Source of the DNA: Bigelowiella natans CCMP2755
Taxonomy: Eukaryota > Protista > Cercozoa
DNA: 45,144 nt
Reading direction: 5' to 3'
Assembly (NCBI GenBank): GCA_000320545.1
Contig: ADNK01000086.1
Location: 1-45,144, forward strand
Shown: positions 10,180 through 24,716 of the stretch, piece after piece
Numbering within the stretch: the stretch's first letter is position 1
Layout: every line of letters begins with the position of its first letter
The notes under the pieces: model-generated
Databases searched by the model: none
What the model saw: the letters and a program-made list of their open reading frames with translations, nothing else
What the model was told of the DNA's origin: nothing
Translations under genes and position numbers: made by a program

Positions 10180-10937
10180 TGTGACATAAATACTATATAT
10201 GCATATATTCTAAGCGTATAAATTACATGCACATATAACGCCACAGTACGAAACGATATCAGCCAAACTGACCTTCTGCACTGCACGCGCGCGCAATTGC
10301 GAGCGGCACGGCTAGATTCAGCTTGATCTGGAAACATTCAATAAACATTCGACCGATGAAGTTCGCATCAGAAAACGCACACAAACGATACGGATACACA
10401 GATATTTCACCATGAAATCTCCCAATAATTGCGCAAAATCTTGTGGCAAAACAGAAAATAATTTTGGCATCACTATGCAGCGGGAGGAAGGTGGGGGGGA
10501 GGGGGGGGCGGGGACTGGGAATTTTGGTAAAATTTACAAGGTGCGTTGGTAGCTGCTGGGGTGTTTTTGGGGGGATCGTTGCCTGGGAGGGAACCCAGAT
10601 GAAACTTGCCTGAACATTCATCATATTAGTACATATATCAGCGGTGATAAGTAGGCATGCGTGGCTTGTTTACAAGCGTGTGTTGTGTTATCTGCGCATA
10701 TACTGTGTGATTAAGTGTGTGTGTGTGTGTGTGGAGGGGTATTGCGCCAGATTAATGTCACTTCATTATCGCTACATTATAAACGCTCATTACATAGATG
10801 TTATCGATGCTCGAGGCGACCCATTTACGACCCTTTCTTCCCTTTGCCTTTGTAACGACGGTAAATGGCGATATTAGTGTGGTGGTGGTGGTGGTGGTGG
10901 GGGGGATTATGCGAGGAAAGAGGTGGGGAAAGAAAGA

Positions 10938-10985
<48 letters not shown>

Positions 10986-12472
10986 TTGGTGAGTCACAAA
11001 TGTACTCTAATTGCTGTTACCTGAGTTTGCCTGTCTGCAATGACGATGCTCCCATGAGCCTCCTTTCGTGTACAATGACATAAACAAGAAGCATTCCATA
11101 AAGAAGAAGCCCCGTCGCACAAAGTCGCATATGAAAAAGACTTGGTACGGAAAATACGTCGGAGATTCTTAGTCCTGCGACAAGACAGGGATGGCGGCGA
11201 CGTACCGATGGAGGCTTTTCTGCAAGGATGTTCTTCGCATCGATCATCGTGGACGCAGTCGTCGGGAGGTGGATTTTCCTACCGACAGTTATAAGGAGAG
11301 GTAGAGTGGCGCACGTTAGTGACTAGCAACGACAGCCAGAAGGGGGTATCATCAGCGGCTTCATTGGTCTTCTGTAACATCACATCATCACTGCTTTCTT
11401 CTCCTTTTTCTGTTAATTCCACTGCTTTTTCCCTTTTTCTGTTAATATCCTAATTGTAGAACGAATGGAGATTCCTAACGATACGGTAGCTCGCATAATC
11501 CGATTTTCATATAAATAGGGCTATTCTCAACATAAGGTCTTTATGGCAATCGATCGCATACGCATTTCTCACGTTCTTCCGAGATAGTTTGTGTGCAGCA
11601 ATGAGCCGAAGGCGTTGATATCGAAGCGAGACCCCTGCCAAAAGAACCGAAACACACGCAAGCACGCACGCGCACACACCCACACTCACACTCACACTTA
11701 CATACACCTACTTGCTATGCGTGTCGCATGCATCACCCAAACACATAGGTTCCCTATCCATGTACAAAATCACAAATTTATGTTACTGGGGTCGCCAATT
11801 CGCTCGAATAGCCTGCATCCCCGATGGTGTACCTAGAGAGATTAGGCCGTAGAACATTGGTTTGTGGGCATATGAGTTTTCATTCTTTTGCAAGATTGGG
11901 AGAGAAATAAGCACATGCGGCTCGACCATTCCCCTTTCCCTCCTCTTTCTATCGGATGAAGTTGCTCTGTGCATTATTACGCAATTGCAATGACGAAAAC
12001 CCCAAGAATGACGGCACTGAAGAAAAATCCATTCTGAAAGCAAAAAAGGAGAACATCAGAGGGAAGCTGTGAGAAGGTAACAAATGTTTTCAGTGAGGTA
12101 TTCTATGATATGTACGTTGAAGTGGGGTTTTGTGCTATCATCAGTGTCGTCTCGCAAAAACTGTAACTCAATTCTAAACTTCTTAGCTTCGTCTGTTGTC
12201 AAACCTCAGCGGGAGCCTCCTCCGTTGTCGGTGTTTTCTCATCTGATGAAAATAGAATGAGGTCGAGGCACAACTGCCAAAAGGCGAATACAAATCGACG
12301 GTGAAAAGAGAACTCAGCAGAAATCAGCACGCTGTGTCGTTGGCTGCAGTCGACGAGTCTTTCCCTTATCCGAACCCCACAACCTGTATTTGTCGTCGAG
12401 GGGTTTGGATTCTGAGTCGTAGGATGCTTTCTCAGAGCCGGCGGGGCCGCGGGAAGATTCACTAAAAGCCAT
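8133..12472 (-). CDS. birA: Biotin-[acetyl-CoA carboxylase] ligase (BirA/BPL family), ~19 exons, with N-terminal hydrophobic segment
   Basis: Phase-consistent GT-AG splicing gives ...FDINAFGSLLHTNYLGRTKIHLPTTASTM...HGSIVIADRQTQAKGRKGRKW...NIYASF...GVKWPNDVWINGYKVAGALID...AVVGVGINTN...AISIRDALGYPVERERVLA...TLSSEEVSISLSE*, with the stop at 8133-8135. KWPND (exon ~9992-10034), KxAG and GxGIN are diagnostic BPL motifs. The 5' exons and start ATG (12470-12472) are less certain. Confidence 0.9.
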
Positions 12473-13531
12473 GGAAAGATTGAGATTCACTACAAGCAAT
12501 GAAAAAGATTGAGAGGCGGGGCATTGTGGCAAAGCGTTCCCGAAAGTGCATGCCACTAGTTCACGCGAAGCAGTCAATCCAATCTCCGCTCCCTAACACT
12601 AACACGCGCGGAGGTGGCCCAACGAGCCACCACCCGGCCAGCCGGCACCTTCGTCAGCCATCGTTGTCGTCGGTCGGCGGCGCTTGTACGATTTCTTTCC
12701 GGAGGGGCTTGGACTCACGCCAAAACCGACAAAAATATGTGCGGGGAATATTTAAAAAAAAATGACATAAATTGGAAAGTCGAGCCATCTTGCGGGCTAA
12801 ATTGTTCGCAGACACATGCCACCGCAGTGTGGCCTTCTTTCATCAGGTTCTTCTTGCTCTTCCGAGATTTCCAAGCAAATCCTTCTCGACCGTCGTTTGG
12901 TGTAGAGGATTTTAGAATTGCGACAACGTACCAACCATGTCGCAGATAGAAACGATTTGAAGAGAAGGCCAAACTGATTAATTTTAGAAAATAACTGGAC
13001 AATAGTATCTCGATACCTCACTGGGGAGGTAGTTTGGACGAAAATTTCCTCCTTTGTCTCGTTTTTATCGAAAACGGACTATGATTTGACCGAAAGCTGA
13101 ATCCAAAAATCAAATAAATGCTGAAAAACTTTCCCAGATTTCCAAACCCCTCTCGGAAGCAGAAGCATACTCGTAGCCCTCACTGTTCCACCATGCGTCC
13201 TACCCGTGTTGCCCACCTCGATCCGGTCAGACTGTCCGTGCTGATCCTCAGCATTGATGCCGAAATATAAAAAGCAAGATGTTGTCATGGATTCCGATAG
13301 ACCCAAAGCGAAACCCTGTCCTGATTTAATTTCCTTATCACGTCACTTCTTAGGTCTTTACCACCGCGACGCTAGTTGAGGCACCGGTATCAAAGACAGA
13401 CAGTGACTTATTTCTTGATTTGACATTTTATGGAGTATACAAAGATTTGGAGCTTATGTTCCCAAAGAGATAGCACAGATGAAAGAACCCGATTTTTGCG
13501 TTTGATTAATGCTTGTGCATGTATTGCCCAG

Positions 13532-14253
13532 AGGGAGCCGAATTTCAAGATCACACTTTCTGAAGTCGACGAAGCCGCTGAATTGCAGGTTCTAGCAAGC
13601 TTTCATCCTGACGCATTCTTCCACGTTTGTTCTCTGATGCCACTTTGGCTCAAACCTATCTTCCCCAGGTAGATCAGTGGATCTCATTAGAGAAAAAGAA
13701 AACATCAAAGGATGCACATGAAGAAGCGAAGGTACAGCACGGATAGTTTGATTTTCTAGCGAGTGATAGTGTTCAATCGAGTGATAGTGTTCAATCGAGT
13801 GATAGTGTTCAATCGAAATGCATCGTGAATCTAGTCTGTTCCCTCTTGGAGTAACCATAGCACATGATGCACGTTAAAGTACGTGATTAGCTGATTATAC
13901 ATGATCCATCGAAAGGGGTAATATTGTTTGCTCACTGTGTAAATTGGTCCTCCCATAGATCGAAGGCATGAAGGGCGACCACAGCCTAGTGAAAAAACTC
14001 TTGTCAAAAGCGGAGGAAATTAGAGAAGAAGACGTCGACGAGAAAGAATTTTTCCAACGAGAAGCATCCTTGGCCGCCCCAATTCCGGGTAAGCTCGTGA
14101 ATCTGCCCTTCCCACCCCCCCAGAAGGAGCGTAAGCAGGTATTAGCATTTGCTACTTCATCTCGATCGTTACAGGAAAACGCACCACCACTTGTGAAACA
14201 GATGTGCCCATCAGTAGCCTACTACCCGTCATATACTTATATATTTTGTAACA

Positions 14254-14288
<35 letters not shown>

Positions 14289-14724
14289 ATATATATATTT
14301 ACAAATATAATTTGCATATAGATGGAATTCGACCCTAAAGATCTGGACCTGACAGAAGTTGCCGAGGATGTTCAAATTACCCAAAATTGGCCTCAGGTCA
14401 AAGAAAGAAACGTTTGCAAGACAATCCTCCGATATCCGCCACTTGGCAGTTCCCCCCCTCCCCCATTCCCTACAAAACTCGAAGCCTTTTGTTGTTACTT
14501 TCGAGGCAAGGCGTGTGTATGTGAAATCGAGCCTGGCCGCTGTGACCATCGAATCGATGAGTTGTCTTGAAACTGTCTTATATCAGCAAGCACATGCATA
14601 TACTAAATTGATTAGGGCATCGTCTCCTACTCTGTATCAAGGATGAAGATCGGCTTTAACCAACCGATGATCGCAGTAGGTCGGTGCAATTCAACACTAC
14701 ATAACGACCAAAAAATCGTACACA

Positions 14725-14778
<54 letters not shown>

Positions 14779-15539
14779 CAGAGAGTGGAGATGGACAAAT
14801 ACTCACAGATACGCACACTAGAGCCACAGCATAGCTTTCTTGCCCACTCTTGTCTTCTACCCCCCCCTTACCTCACTCTCTTCCAGGAAGCGTAGATGAT
14901 GTTGCAGAGCAACACGCTAATCTAGGTAAAAATAACGGCGACGATGTCCAAATGAATGTTAATGTGCTGCCGCGTTATATAGGAATCACCATTGAGCCGG
15001 AAGCTAAAGGGGAATGGCGGTAGTGATCTCGTGAAAACCCCATCCCATGTGACGAGTATATTCTGCGCTTGAGTTATCGGCGGATGATTCCATGATCTTG
15101 CGAAAGTATTGACGTGTGCTCATTTATTGCGCAGATGGAGCGGAAGCAAGCTTTGCCAGTTCATGACGCAACACCGATTCCGCCTTTCCACCGAGTACCG
15201 ATATAATATCGCTTTGTAGCAACCCAGGCTTGCATATTTAGTACACATTTATTGGACGAAGCAGCGCACCGAGCCTTACGTATATAAATCGCATATGATA
15301 ACTGTGTCCTTTTACACGTGTGCATTTGCACAAAAGAACCATTCCCTTCATCTATCACATACCGTTTGCCATTTGATTGTGGTTTGGGAACCCCTCCCCC
15401 CCTCCCTCAAGGTACACATGCTTTGTTCCCAAAGGCCTCAAGTCAGCTCTCGGTGGTGAGCTTAAGGTGAACCTAGACTGATGCAAGCCACAAAGAGCTA
15501 TTGGAGTGATTAGAAGCTATTTTTTGTGTTGATTTATTA

Positions 15540-15584
<45 letters not shown>

Positions 15585-17128
15585 GCGGGCGCACGTACAT
15601 ACATGCACTCGCTCACGGAGGCATACATGCATGAGGACACTGCAGAAAACTCATAATGTTACCGAGTTTCTTCCCCTCATCGAACGGCGTGGAATCGCTA
15701 GAATGACTCTCGTGTTGGCATAAGACCCTTTGCTTGGACCTTACAGGAAGAGAAAAAGTGGACGTTCAAGACGCCGACTCTTAGAGCCGACAAGATCCAC
15801 TTCGCGCCGGCGTAATGATGATACGGCATGATTGTTGCTCGGTGAACTTGTCAATTACATGTAATCCGCTTTCGTAGGCGCTACCTGGACCCCATTCTGT
15901 ACGCCGTTTTCAACCAAGATGTCCGAAAAGAGGTGAAATAGCTGCGACGACAGGATATTTATGATGACGGCGACGATGATGCCCGTGCTAATTCCACAGT
16001 CTAGACATCTACGTCTAATCCTCTTCCCACTCTCGCACTGAAATGCTAATGTTTACAAGCAACAAAGTCAAAAGTAAAGGCGACCCTGCAATCTACTATT
16101 GCTACCACACACCAAGACATGTTTCTTGTCAATGATAGTAACTGCTGAATGATGATTAACAATAATATGTCAGGTGATCTACGAGAAGTCGCTCGTCGAC
16201 GCAGGAGAGCTTAAGTTGATTCCAATCCAGCCTGATAAGGGTGAGCAGAGAGACATGAGCACCTCCACTTTCAGTGAAAATACTTAACAAAATTTCCGTA
16301 AATACTGTGCACGTGCTTGTGTTACCACTGCCGACATACTAGAGGCCATGGAAAACATTCATGATGCATAAAGTGGGATGGTTTTGATAGATGTTTGATC
16401 AGGTCATTCACCTGTTTATAACCCTGCCGAACGCAGCCTAGAAAAAAAAATCTTGAAATAGTAATTAATTCTCGACGATCTTTGTTATTGCTGCTGCTTC
16501 ATTACGCAGAGGAAGACTTGAAGGCGATTCCGAACGTTGATCGGTGCGCTTCTCTCGTCGGATCTTCATCTGTGACATCTTTATCTGTGTTTCCAATTCT
16601 CATCTTTTCCGTGCCAAAAATAAAAGGGGTTATGCATCTTGTGTCAAAAATTTAATTTTTTTTCCATTATTGGTATTCGGTGGCAGACGTGAGCAGGTGA
16701 AATCATGGTGGCAGTCCCTGCCAGAGGTAGTAACTTGCGTACAGATGCGTCTAAACCTATGGCTTCATAAGGCATTATCATACGTTTAATCATTGTCCCC
16801 AAGATCATCTAACGCACCTTTAGATGTCAAATGCACATTCCACTTTTGCTACTCTCATTGTCTTTCTGACACTGCCTCTCCCTCCTCTTAACCCACTTGG
16901 GCTTGATAGCGTGACCAGCGCCGTGCTATCTGCTTTCGGTTTTCCGAAGAGTTGAAGAAAAACACAAACTACAGCTACATTCTTCGCAAGGGTGGGTGCG
17001 TTGAACGTCAGAACGATGACGGAGAAAATCAGATATATCTTTTTCTTTTTTTAAACCAATTATACATCAGCTGATCGACATCTACTCACTCGCACATATA
17101 TACACACGTATACACACATATGCACACT

Positions 17129-17195
<67 letters not shown>

Positions 17196-17556
17196 GGCCA
17201 CTAGGCGCTGTCTGTGGCGAAGGCCCTCTTCCATCAGAACAGGATATCAGGGCGACGTAAGATACAGATGCGAACATATTTATGAAGGAACATGAAAGTA
17301 GAATAGGTTTCGATTGCCGTGATATAACCACATCACGGGACAAAGGTTGCTTACTGACATCGTACAACGTTTGTTCTGATGAATCCTGTCGGTGAAATCC
17401 TGCAGTCACCGCACCTACCCCCCTCTCACGATTACGTCTCACTATCCATCGAAAAGGTAAAAACACTGAACCCTAGAAGAAGATGAAAAGAGCATAAGCA
17501 GGGAGAAGAGAGTTTTGCACGTTTTAGTTTTAGTCTTGACCACGTTGATGAATCTA

Positions 17557-17625
<69 letters not shown>

Positions 17626-19161
17626 TACGCAAGAGCGCTTTTGTGATTGTCTCCTCTGCTTCTGAATAAACCTACTTGCTATCGACGCCCTTATTCATGA
17701 TTAGTCTCTCTAGCATTCGAATTCTCTTTGATATTGATAATGGCAACAATAACGACAACACGCAGGGTTAAGCATCATGCAAGCTATCCCGACTCCTCGT
17801 GGAGCGTAACCTTCTCGAATACTCTCAATCGGTAGCACAGAACGTCGTATATCATAGCCGTAATAGTTTGAATGTAGCATTAGTGTTCACGTTGTAGCAA
17901 ATTCTGTCAAATAGAAGGATGCCACCCCCTTCCCCCCCCCCCTTCCCCACTCCTGTTCTTCTTCCCTCGCGACACGATGTATTGCCGTGTGCAGTTGAAA
18001 AGCAATTGTTCGTTTGTGAACTTTCATGCTGCGTCACGGAAGAGTGACATCTTGATCGTTTGTGAACTTTCATGCTGCGTCACATCTTGAAAAGAACAAT
18101 TACCAATCATTCATTTGTATTTGGCAGGAGGACGGTGAAGAAATCACACATCACGGTGTCTCCTGCGATCAAAGGTATGAAAGTCAGCGTTTCAGGTACA
18201 TCGGTGAACATCTCTCACAATGACTTGGAACTTGGCGTCGAATACAAGGTGGAATGTCCAAGCGGAAAGCCCCGTATGCTGTTTCTTAGACATTTCTCAC
18301 AAGCGGGCTAGGAGTGCAGCAGTGATTTAAAAAAAAAAACAAAAATCATAACGTATGCATCCCCTAAAACCTTCCTGAAGTTATCGAGAGAGCCTCGAGT
18401 GATTGGGATATGCCCTTTATTTATCAACGTTACCTTTGAAAGAAACTCAAATCCAAAAGCCTCCAGCAAGCTTACATACCCCTTCTCATAACAGGTTACG
18501 TTCTCGCGCGAAATTCGTGATCAATGGGGGCAAAGCTTATCGGTGAGACGACTGATGACAGTATCTCCTAACACAACAATAGATCGTGGGGGATTTAGAG
18601 AGCGCATTTGATCTCTGCCCCGGAGCCTATTGGAAATGATTGATAGTTTGTCATTTTCAGCATGTTTTTGCCTAAGTAGTCGAGCCATCACTATCATCGT
18701 TGTCATGTCATCATCATCATCATTACTGCCGACACTACCGCAATCACCATTCTATCGTTGTTATCTTGTCTTTGATTCTCCTGACGAAATGATGTGTTTT
18801 AGGACAAAAATGCAGTCGTGATAAAGAAGACCATTGAACGTCCACCACCTCCAAAGGCGGGTAACTTCTGCTCTGCCGCTTGCAAGCACGTAACAATTTT
18901 GTTTTTTTTTTAATTACTGCTTAATTTTAACATAATACATAGGAACATATGCATATGAACATGCGTTTATTTGTGTGTAAATTGAATATGCATTTATTCA
19001 TCAACTCAAAAACTTAAAAGCTCATGTGTCCTTCCTCTACATGCAAACCGCAATCTGTAGACTTTGGTGATTTGTATGGAGAAGAAAACTTAATGACAAT
19101 GGATCCCTTCAACGACAACCCTGAATATCTTTGCAGGTGGTAGATACCTTGCCCCCCCCCC

Positions 19162-19193
<32 letters not shown>

Positions 19194-19841
19194 AGGGATT
19201 TCGCATCTTCATATCTTACCAAAAGCTATAGGTGCTATCATGCAGGTTGATTTGAATTGTGTGTTTTCTTTCCCCGCAGAGTGGCAAACTTTGAAGAGTT
19301 GAAGGTTTCGGTCCGACATGTGAGTCCATCGGATTATCGGTACCTGCTGCTACCTACGAGGCGGATTCTCCATTTGGATTTTTTGCATGGTTTGATGTGT
19401 TTTCTCTTTTTGCGTATGATGCATTCTGCTTTTAGCTCCTCGATGTGGGATCACCGGAGAGATTGGACCTCTGGCAAAACGAGGTGCTAGTTTCGATACC
19501 TGCCTGGGATATATGGATTGGCATGCATGCGAATGAAGAAGATGTGCGCAAAGATAAAGACACTATATTATATCTAATATTGGGTAAACTTGCAAGCACC
19601 TACATACATATGCACTCACTCACTCACTCACTCACTCACTCACACACATATGTATTTAACACAACCTACATGATGTTGCCCGTGGTGTTGTAGTCTCCCC
19701 GGAAAGAAGGCGACATCGTTTACCATCGAAGTGAAGGAAGCAAAGAGCTTTCGAAATGATATGGTACCGCTAAGGATTCCGGTAATAAGTTGTTCTCTCT
19801 TATTCACATTTATGCATGTATGTATCATGAAGCTTTATTTC

Positions 19842-19892
<51 letters not shown>

Positions 19893-21315
19893 ATGTGTGC
19901 AAAGATCACCGTCTAATGCTCACTACTGCTCACTTGAAACTTCACATAAGGTTGGAAAATTCTTCCAAGACCAAAAGACGAAGCTGGGCCACATATTCTT
20001 GGTTGGTTTCGGTGAAAGATATGATCTCCCCGTTTTCAAGCTGCATTCTAGTTGAAGCATTGATAGTATATGATTTGCTGCAATACTGACTGCCAATACG
20101 ACATCTTCTGCCTCCTTCCTTGTCGTTTTCCTCATCATGATCATCTGATTGAGAAAGTATTCCTAACATTATGTAAAACTACTAAGATGATAGAGCCGAC
20201 GGAGTCGGCCTTCAAGCGCAACAGCAAGTGAGCACATCATTATATTCATCAGAGAAGTAGCCGTTATTTGGCTTTCCCCTTGCTAGTTACTGAATAAAGC
20301 AGAATACTGCACGAATTATGGCTTTCTTTCGTCGTCACTTAAATCTTCTTCTCTCACCCTAACTCTCTCCCTCTCTTTCCCACCCCCCAATGTTCACTGA
20401 CATATTTTGGTTGTTTGTAGCATTGATATACTGATATGCACATATCCAGAGATTATCTGACGTACGAGGATCGACCTGTGATCTACGTCTGGCTGCAGGT
20501 AGCTCGAAATGCAACAGCTGGTAGTGTATTTCGTGGTGCCGAGAAATGGGGAAACCCCGTGGGCCTGGTCTTTCATTGCTAGCCATCGACGCCGTTTCCG
20601 GAGAAACCTGAAGAGGCTATTTACCTCCAATTTTTTTTGAAACGATGGAGAGAACCTGTCGACTGAATTACCCTGTAAAATTATGACTTCAATACGATTT
20701 TTTAAGATCTTGTTCCCCTAGTGTTACGACGACGATAAGCTGCCGATTTAAATTTCCCTTATCCCCCCTCCTTCCTTCCCCTTCCGCATATACACTCCTT
20801 CCGTTTCTCTGCTATCACCAATCAGCGGACGTTGATGTGCGTCGATATGATCTGCAACAACAGCGAGTCCCCGTCTCTGTTCGCATGGGTACGATTGGCT
20901 TTGTAGCAGCTGGGAGTCCAACGCACCAACAGAATGTGTAGAAATTGGCCATAGGCTAGGTGCCATCGTAGCTGTACCCCAACATTTTAACACTGCAATA
21001 AGGCTGAATACGATGGTTTTGTGCGCTCTTAATCACGCTGATTGCTATGGGATTCGCTAGACGCATTGCTACCAACCTGGCACTTATTCTCGCTAATTGA
21101 AAAAGGCCACTGACATGAAGACAGGGGCTCCGCTAGAAGATGTGAAGGTGCGGATGGGGGGGGGTTGGGGGAGGGGACGAGCTACGCGTCGTTGCGATTG
21201 GATTTGTTGTCACGTAACTTGCTTTGGTCAGATATCGTCCACGACAGCCAGCGCTCGTACAAATGCTGATGGCATTGCGGTGGGTAACTTTATGAATGGG
21301 CTTTGTTCGTTGTTG

Positions 21316-21375
<60 letters not shown>

Positions 21376-21566
21376 TGTGCGTGCGTGTACACATAAATAT
21401 GTTCATACCTATTCTTGCGCATTCGTCTGTTTGGTTTTCATTCACTATAGAATTTTGGAAGCTACCGGTCGAGAAAATGGGACAGTTTCGTTGCTGAAGC
21501 AAAATGTCAGTGTCTTTCAAGCGCATTCTCACTCTCTCTTTCTCTCTCTTTCCCTCTGGCTCTCTC

Positions 21567-21614
<48 letters not shown>

Positions 21615-22176
21615 ATTTGGTGCGACACTAACATTTTCTCATGATACAAACATCTTCCTGCATGATAAATAAGGCAAATACGGACCAGACAGTTGCATTG
21701 CTGTGGGATCGCCCTCGAAAAACAGCTTCTCTTACTATACTGCTCGGGTTGCTACACAAAAGAATAAATATAATTATACGCATACCGAACGCTAATATTG
21801 AAGATGCGTGGTAGTTCCTGGCGGCAATGATGAGTTTCCAGAGGAATTGTGACATATGTGAAATATTTGGCAATGCTTTTGATTTCAGATCTTCGATGAT
21901 AGGAAGCTGTACAAGCCGAAAGAAAAAGTGAACATGAAGGTGGGGATGGAGGATTTGTTTTTACTTGCCATTGGGGCATAAATTGATATTATTGATGTAA
22001 TAGTTTCGTTAGCGTTTGATGCGTGATTTGCTAGGATATTTGTGGGACATAATATAGTCAAAATAATTATGGCCAACTCGTCGGAGTGTCCTTTTTGTTA
22101 TTTCCTCGATGCTGCGCTGGATATTGAGTTGTTTACTGACGCTGCATACACCACACGAAGCATATGCACGCAATTT

Positions 22177-22232
<56 letters not shown>

Positions 22233-23716
22233 TTTGAGGTTGATTGTCAATTGTGCACAATCCTGTGACTTATTGTTCCCTGGCGATCCTCCATCGACAG
22301 GGCTTCATGCGACATATGCGCACCTCGAAAGACGGGGCATTTTTGCCACACTTCACGAAGGGCTTAATCCTATGGAATGTAATTCAATAAAAATTTGCTG
22401 AGAAACACATAAACCAGTGCAAATGATGACGACGATGATAATGATAATGATGATAATGATGATGATGATGATGATGATGAGAACGGACGACGAATCTCCA
22501 TGTTCCATAGGACAAGCAACCCGCAACATGCAGGCTTGATTTCACGGCGTTGTCACGTATGGTAGGCTTATGGCCCTCGTCAAAACGAAATCGCCAAAGG
22601 AGAATGCAAGCTCAACAAGGTGCTGATGGAAGGACGACTAAACTTTATTTACGCTACCGAGTGACAGCTCCTCTAGGAGATTGAAGCTTTTATTTCGTAT
22701 GCGCTTCCACGCGCTCTTGTGCATACACACTTGGCGCCCACGGGCACGCTGCATAACAGTCCATAGACGTGCTGCACGCACAAAATTTGAACCCCAATGA
22801 TTTGTTTGTGAGATATCGATAAGCATCTTGCAATTGGCTAAAAATCCCTCCTTTACTTTCCCGTCTGATATGTCTGAAAGTTCGGTGCCTTTGCTATCGA
22901 GTTTGAGCTTCCTGATAATATCAACACCGGTGATGGCAATGTCAAGTTCTACCATAAGGATTCTGGGTGCGTGCTCACCATTCATTGAAAAGGCTGCAAA
23001 GAAGACCTGAAAATAGTTTCCGCGACACATCTGCGTTGATGTGTCTCGTACGTTTTGCTTTGCAGATTTGGAGTTTTATGCAAATCATATCACATGTATA
23101 AATATCCTTATGCCGTACCGAATGCCAGGTCACAATCCCGTTGCACCTTCCAGATTCAGGAATACAGGTAGGAGGTCCATCAATCCTCTGGTGATTGAAT
23201 GCTACCAAAACTCGACGCTAACAATGTCATTTATCGATTCGCAGTAAGCATGCAATGGGGTTCTTGCGGCCATACACTTTTCCATTCACCGTCTTCTTCC
23301 TCGCATTTTTTCCCCTTTTATTATCGGTGTCACAGAAAGCCTGAGTTCTCAATTAAAGCGTCATACCGGCCACCAGGAGTCCACCAATATGCCCTACCCA
23401 CATCGGAGGTTTCCTTTTGAAATAGTCCATCCCCCCCCCCCCCTCCCCCCCTCCCACACCTACTCTCTTGCACGTTTCCATTCCTGAAAGTACCAGCTAA
23501 ATATAAGCAGTAACAGTTGTTTTTTTCGTAGTTGCCTCAAATCCATATTCAATTGAGAGCCCTACAGCAGCCAACAGCAGGCGACCCATCTTAAAATACT
23601 ACTGCACTAATTGTATATTTTTGCGGCTTAGGATTGGGGAGAATTAAAGCAGAAAGAGCAGGCGGAAGCAGGTCCATCAAAGTTAATGGCGGTGCTGTTT
23701 TTTTTTTGCTTCCCTA

Positions 23717-23771
<55 letters not shown>

Positions 23772-24241
23772 TACTTCCTATCCCACATATTCTCGTACAC
23801 ACGACACACAGCATCCGAATTGTCAGCAGAAACTCATTCTCAGCTTCCTTCAGGCGACCTTTTAAAGAAGATGATCGAGTCAATTAAGACAGTAAGTCTC
23901 GCGAATACCGAAGTGAATGCAGATGGATGTTTAATTATGGGGGTGCGGCAGATCATGCATCACCTATGCTTTCACCTTCAAGACAAGACTCATCATCATC
24001 ATCCTCATCATCATCAATATTTCAAATCTCATCCATAGAGTGGTTTTGACAAATGTCTCTTTTCCGTCCCTGCGCCACCTCCTATCCCACCCACAGCTTC
24101 GAGAGAAGGAGAGGCAGCTCCTGATTGAGGCCGCGGAGGAGAAGGATGAGGATATACCGGAGCCAACGAATGAAGAAAAGGAAAAAGCAGCAGAGGAAGT
24201 AACCGCAACAGTGCCTTATGCATCCTCATTTCTTTGACACA

Positions 24242-24280
<39 letters not shown>

Positions 24281-24637
24281 AATTACGGATAAACGTGCAT
24301 TTTTTTCGCGCGCATGATTATCTTATTTCTATTGTGGTACACATTTCTTCCCACTCTTCCTTTCATATTTAGCTGGCAAAGACTGTGTCGGAACTGAAGG
24401 AAAAGTACGTGCTAATATCGACCTCAAAGAGGGGACATTTAACTTTTCGATGTATTCGCGCGCGCGCTCCCGTGTGTGCGTGCGTGTATGTGTGTGTGTG
24501 TGTGTGTGTTGGGTGTGTGCGACGACGATTGTGAGAGACGCGTGTAAATGCAAAGGTTTGCTCCTAAGAAGCGTTCGTTCGTTGCTGGGGAGACTCCATG
24601 TGTCATCGCTTCGGTATGATGCACGATTCTCCCTTTT

Positions 24638-24668
<31 letters not shown>

Positions 24669-24669
24669 A

Positions 24670-24716
<47 letters not shown>

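Noticed and set aside
13760-13816. Regular repeats (also at 30993-31064 and 38714-38790) as a possible CRISPR array
   Set aside because: They are tandem or local duplications with no unique spacers, inside eukaryotic introns, with no cas genes.
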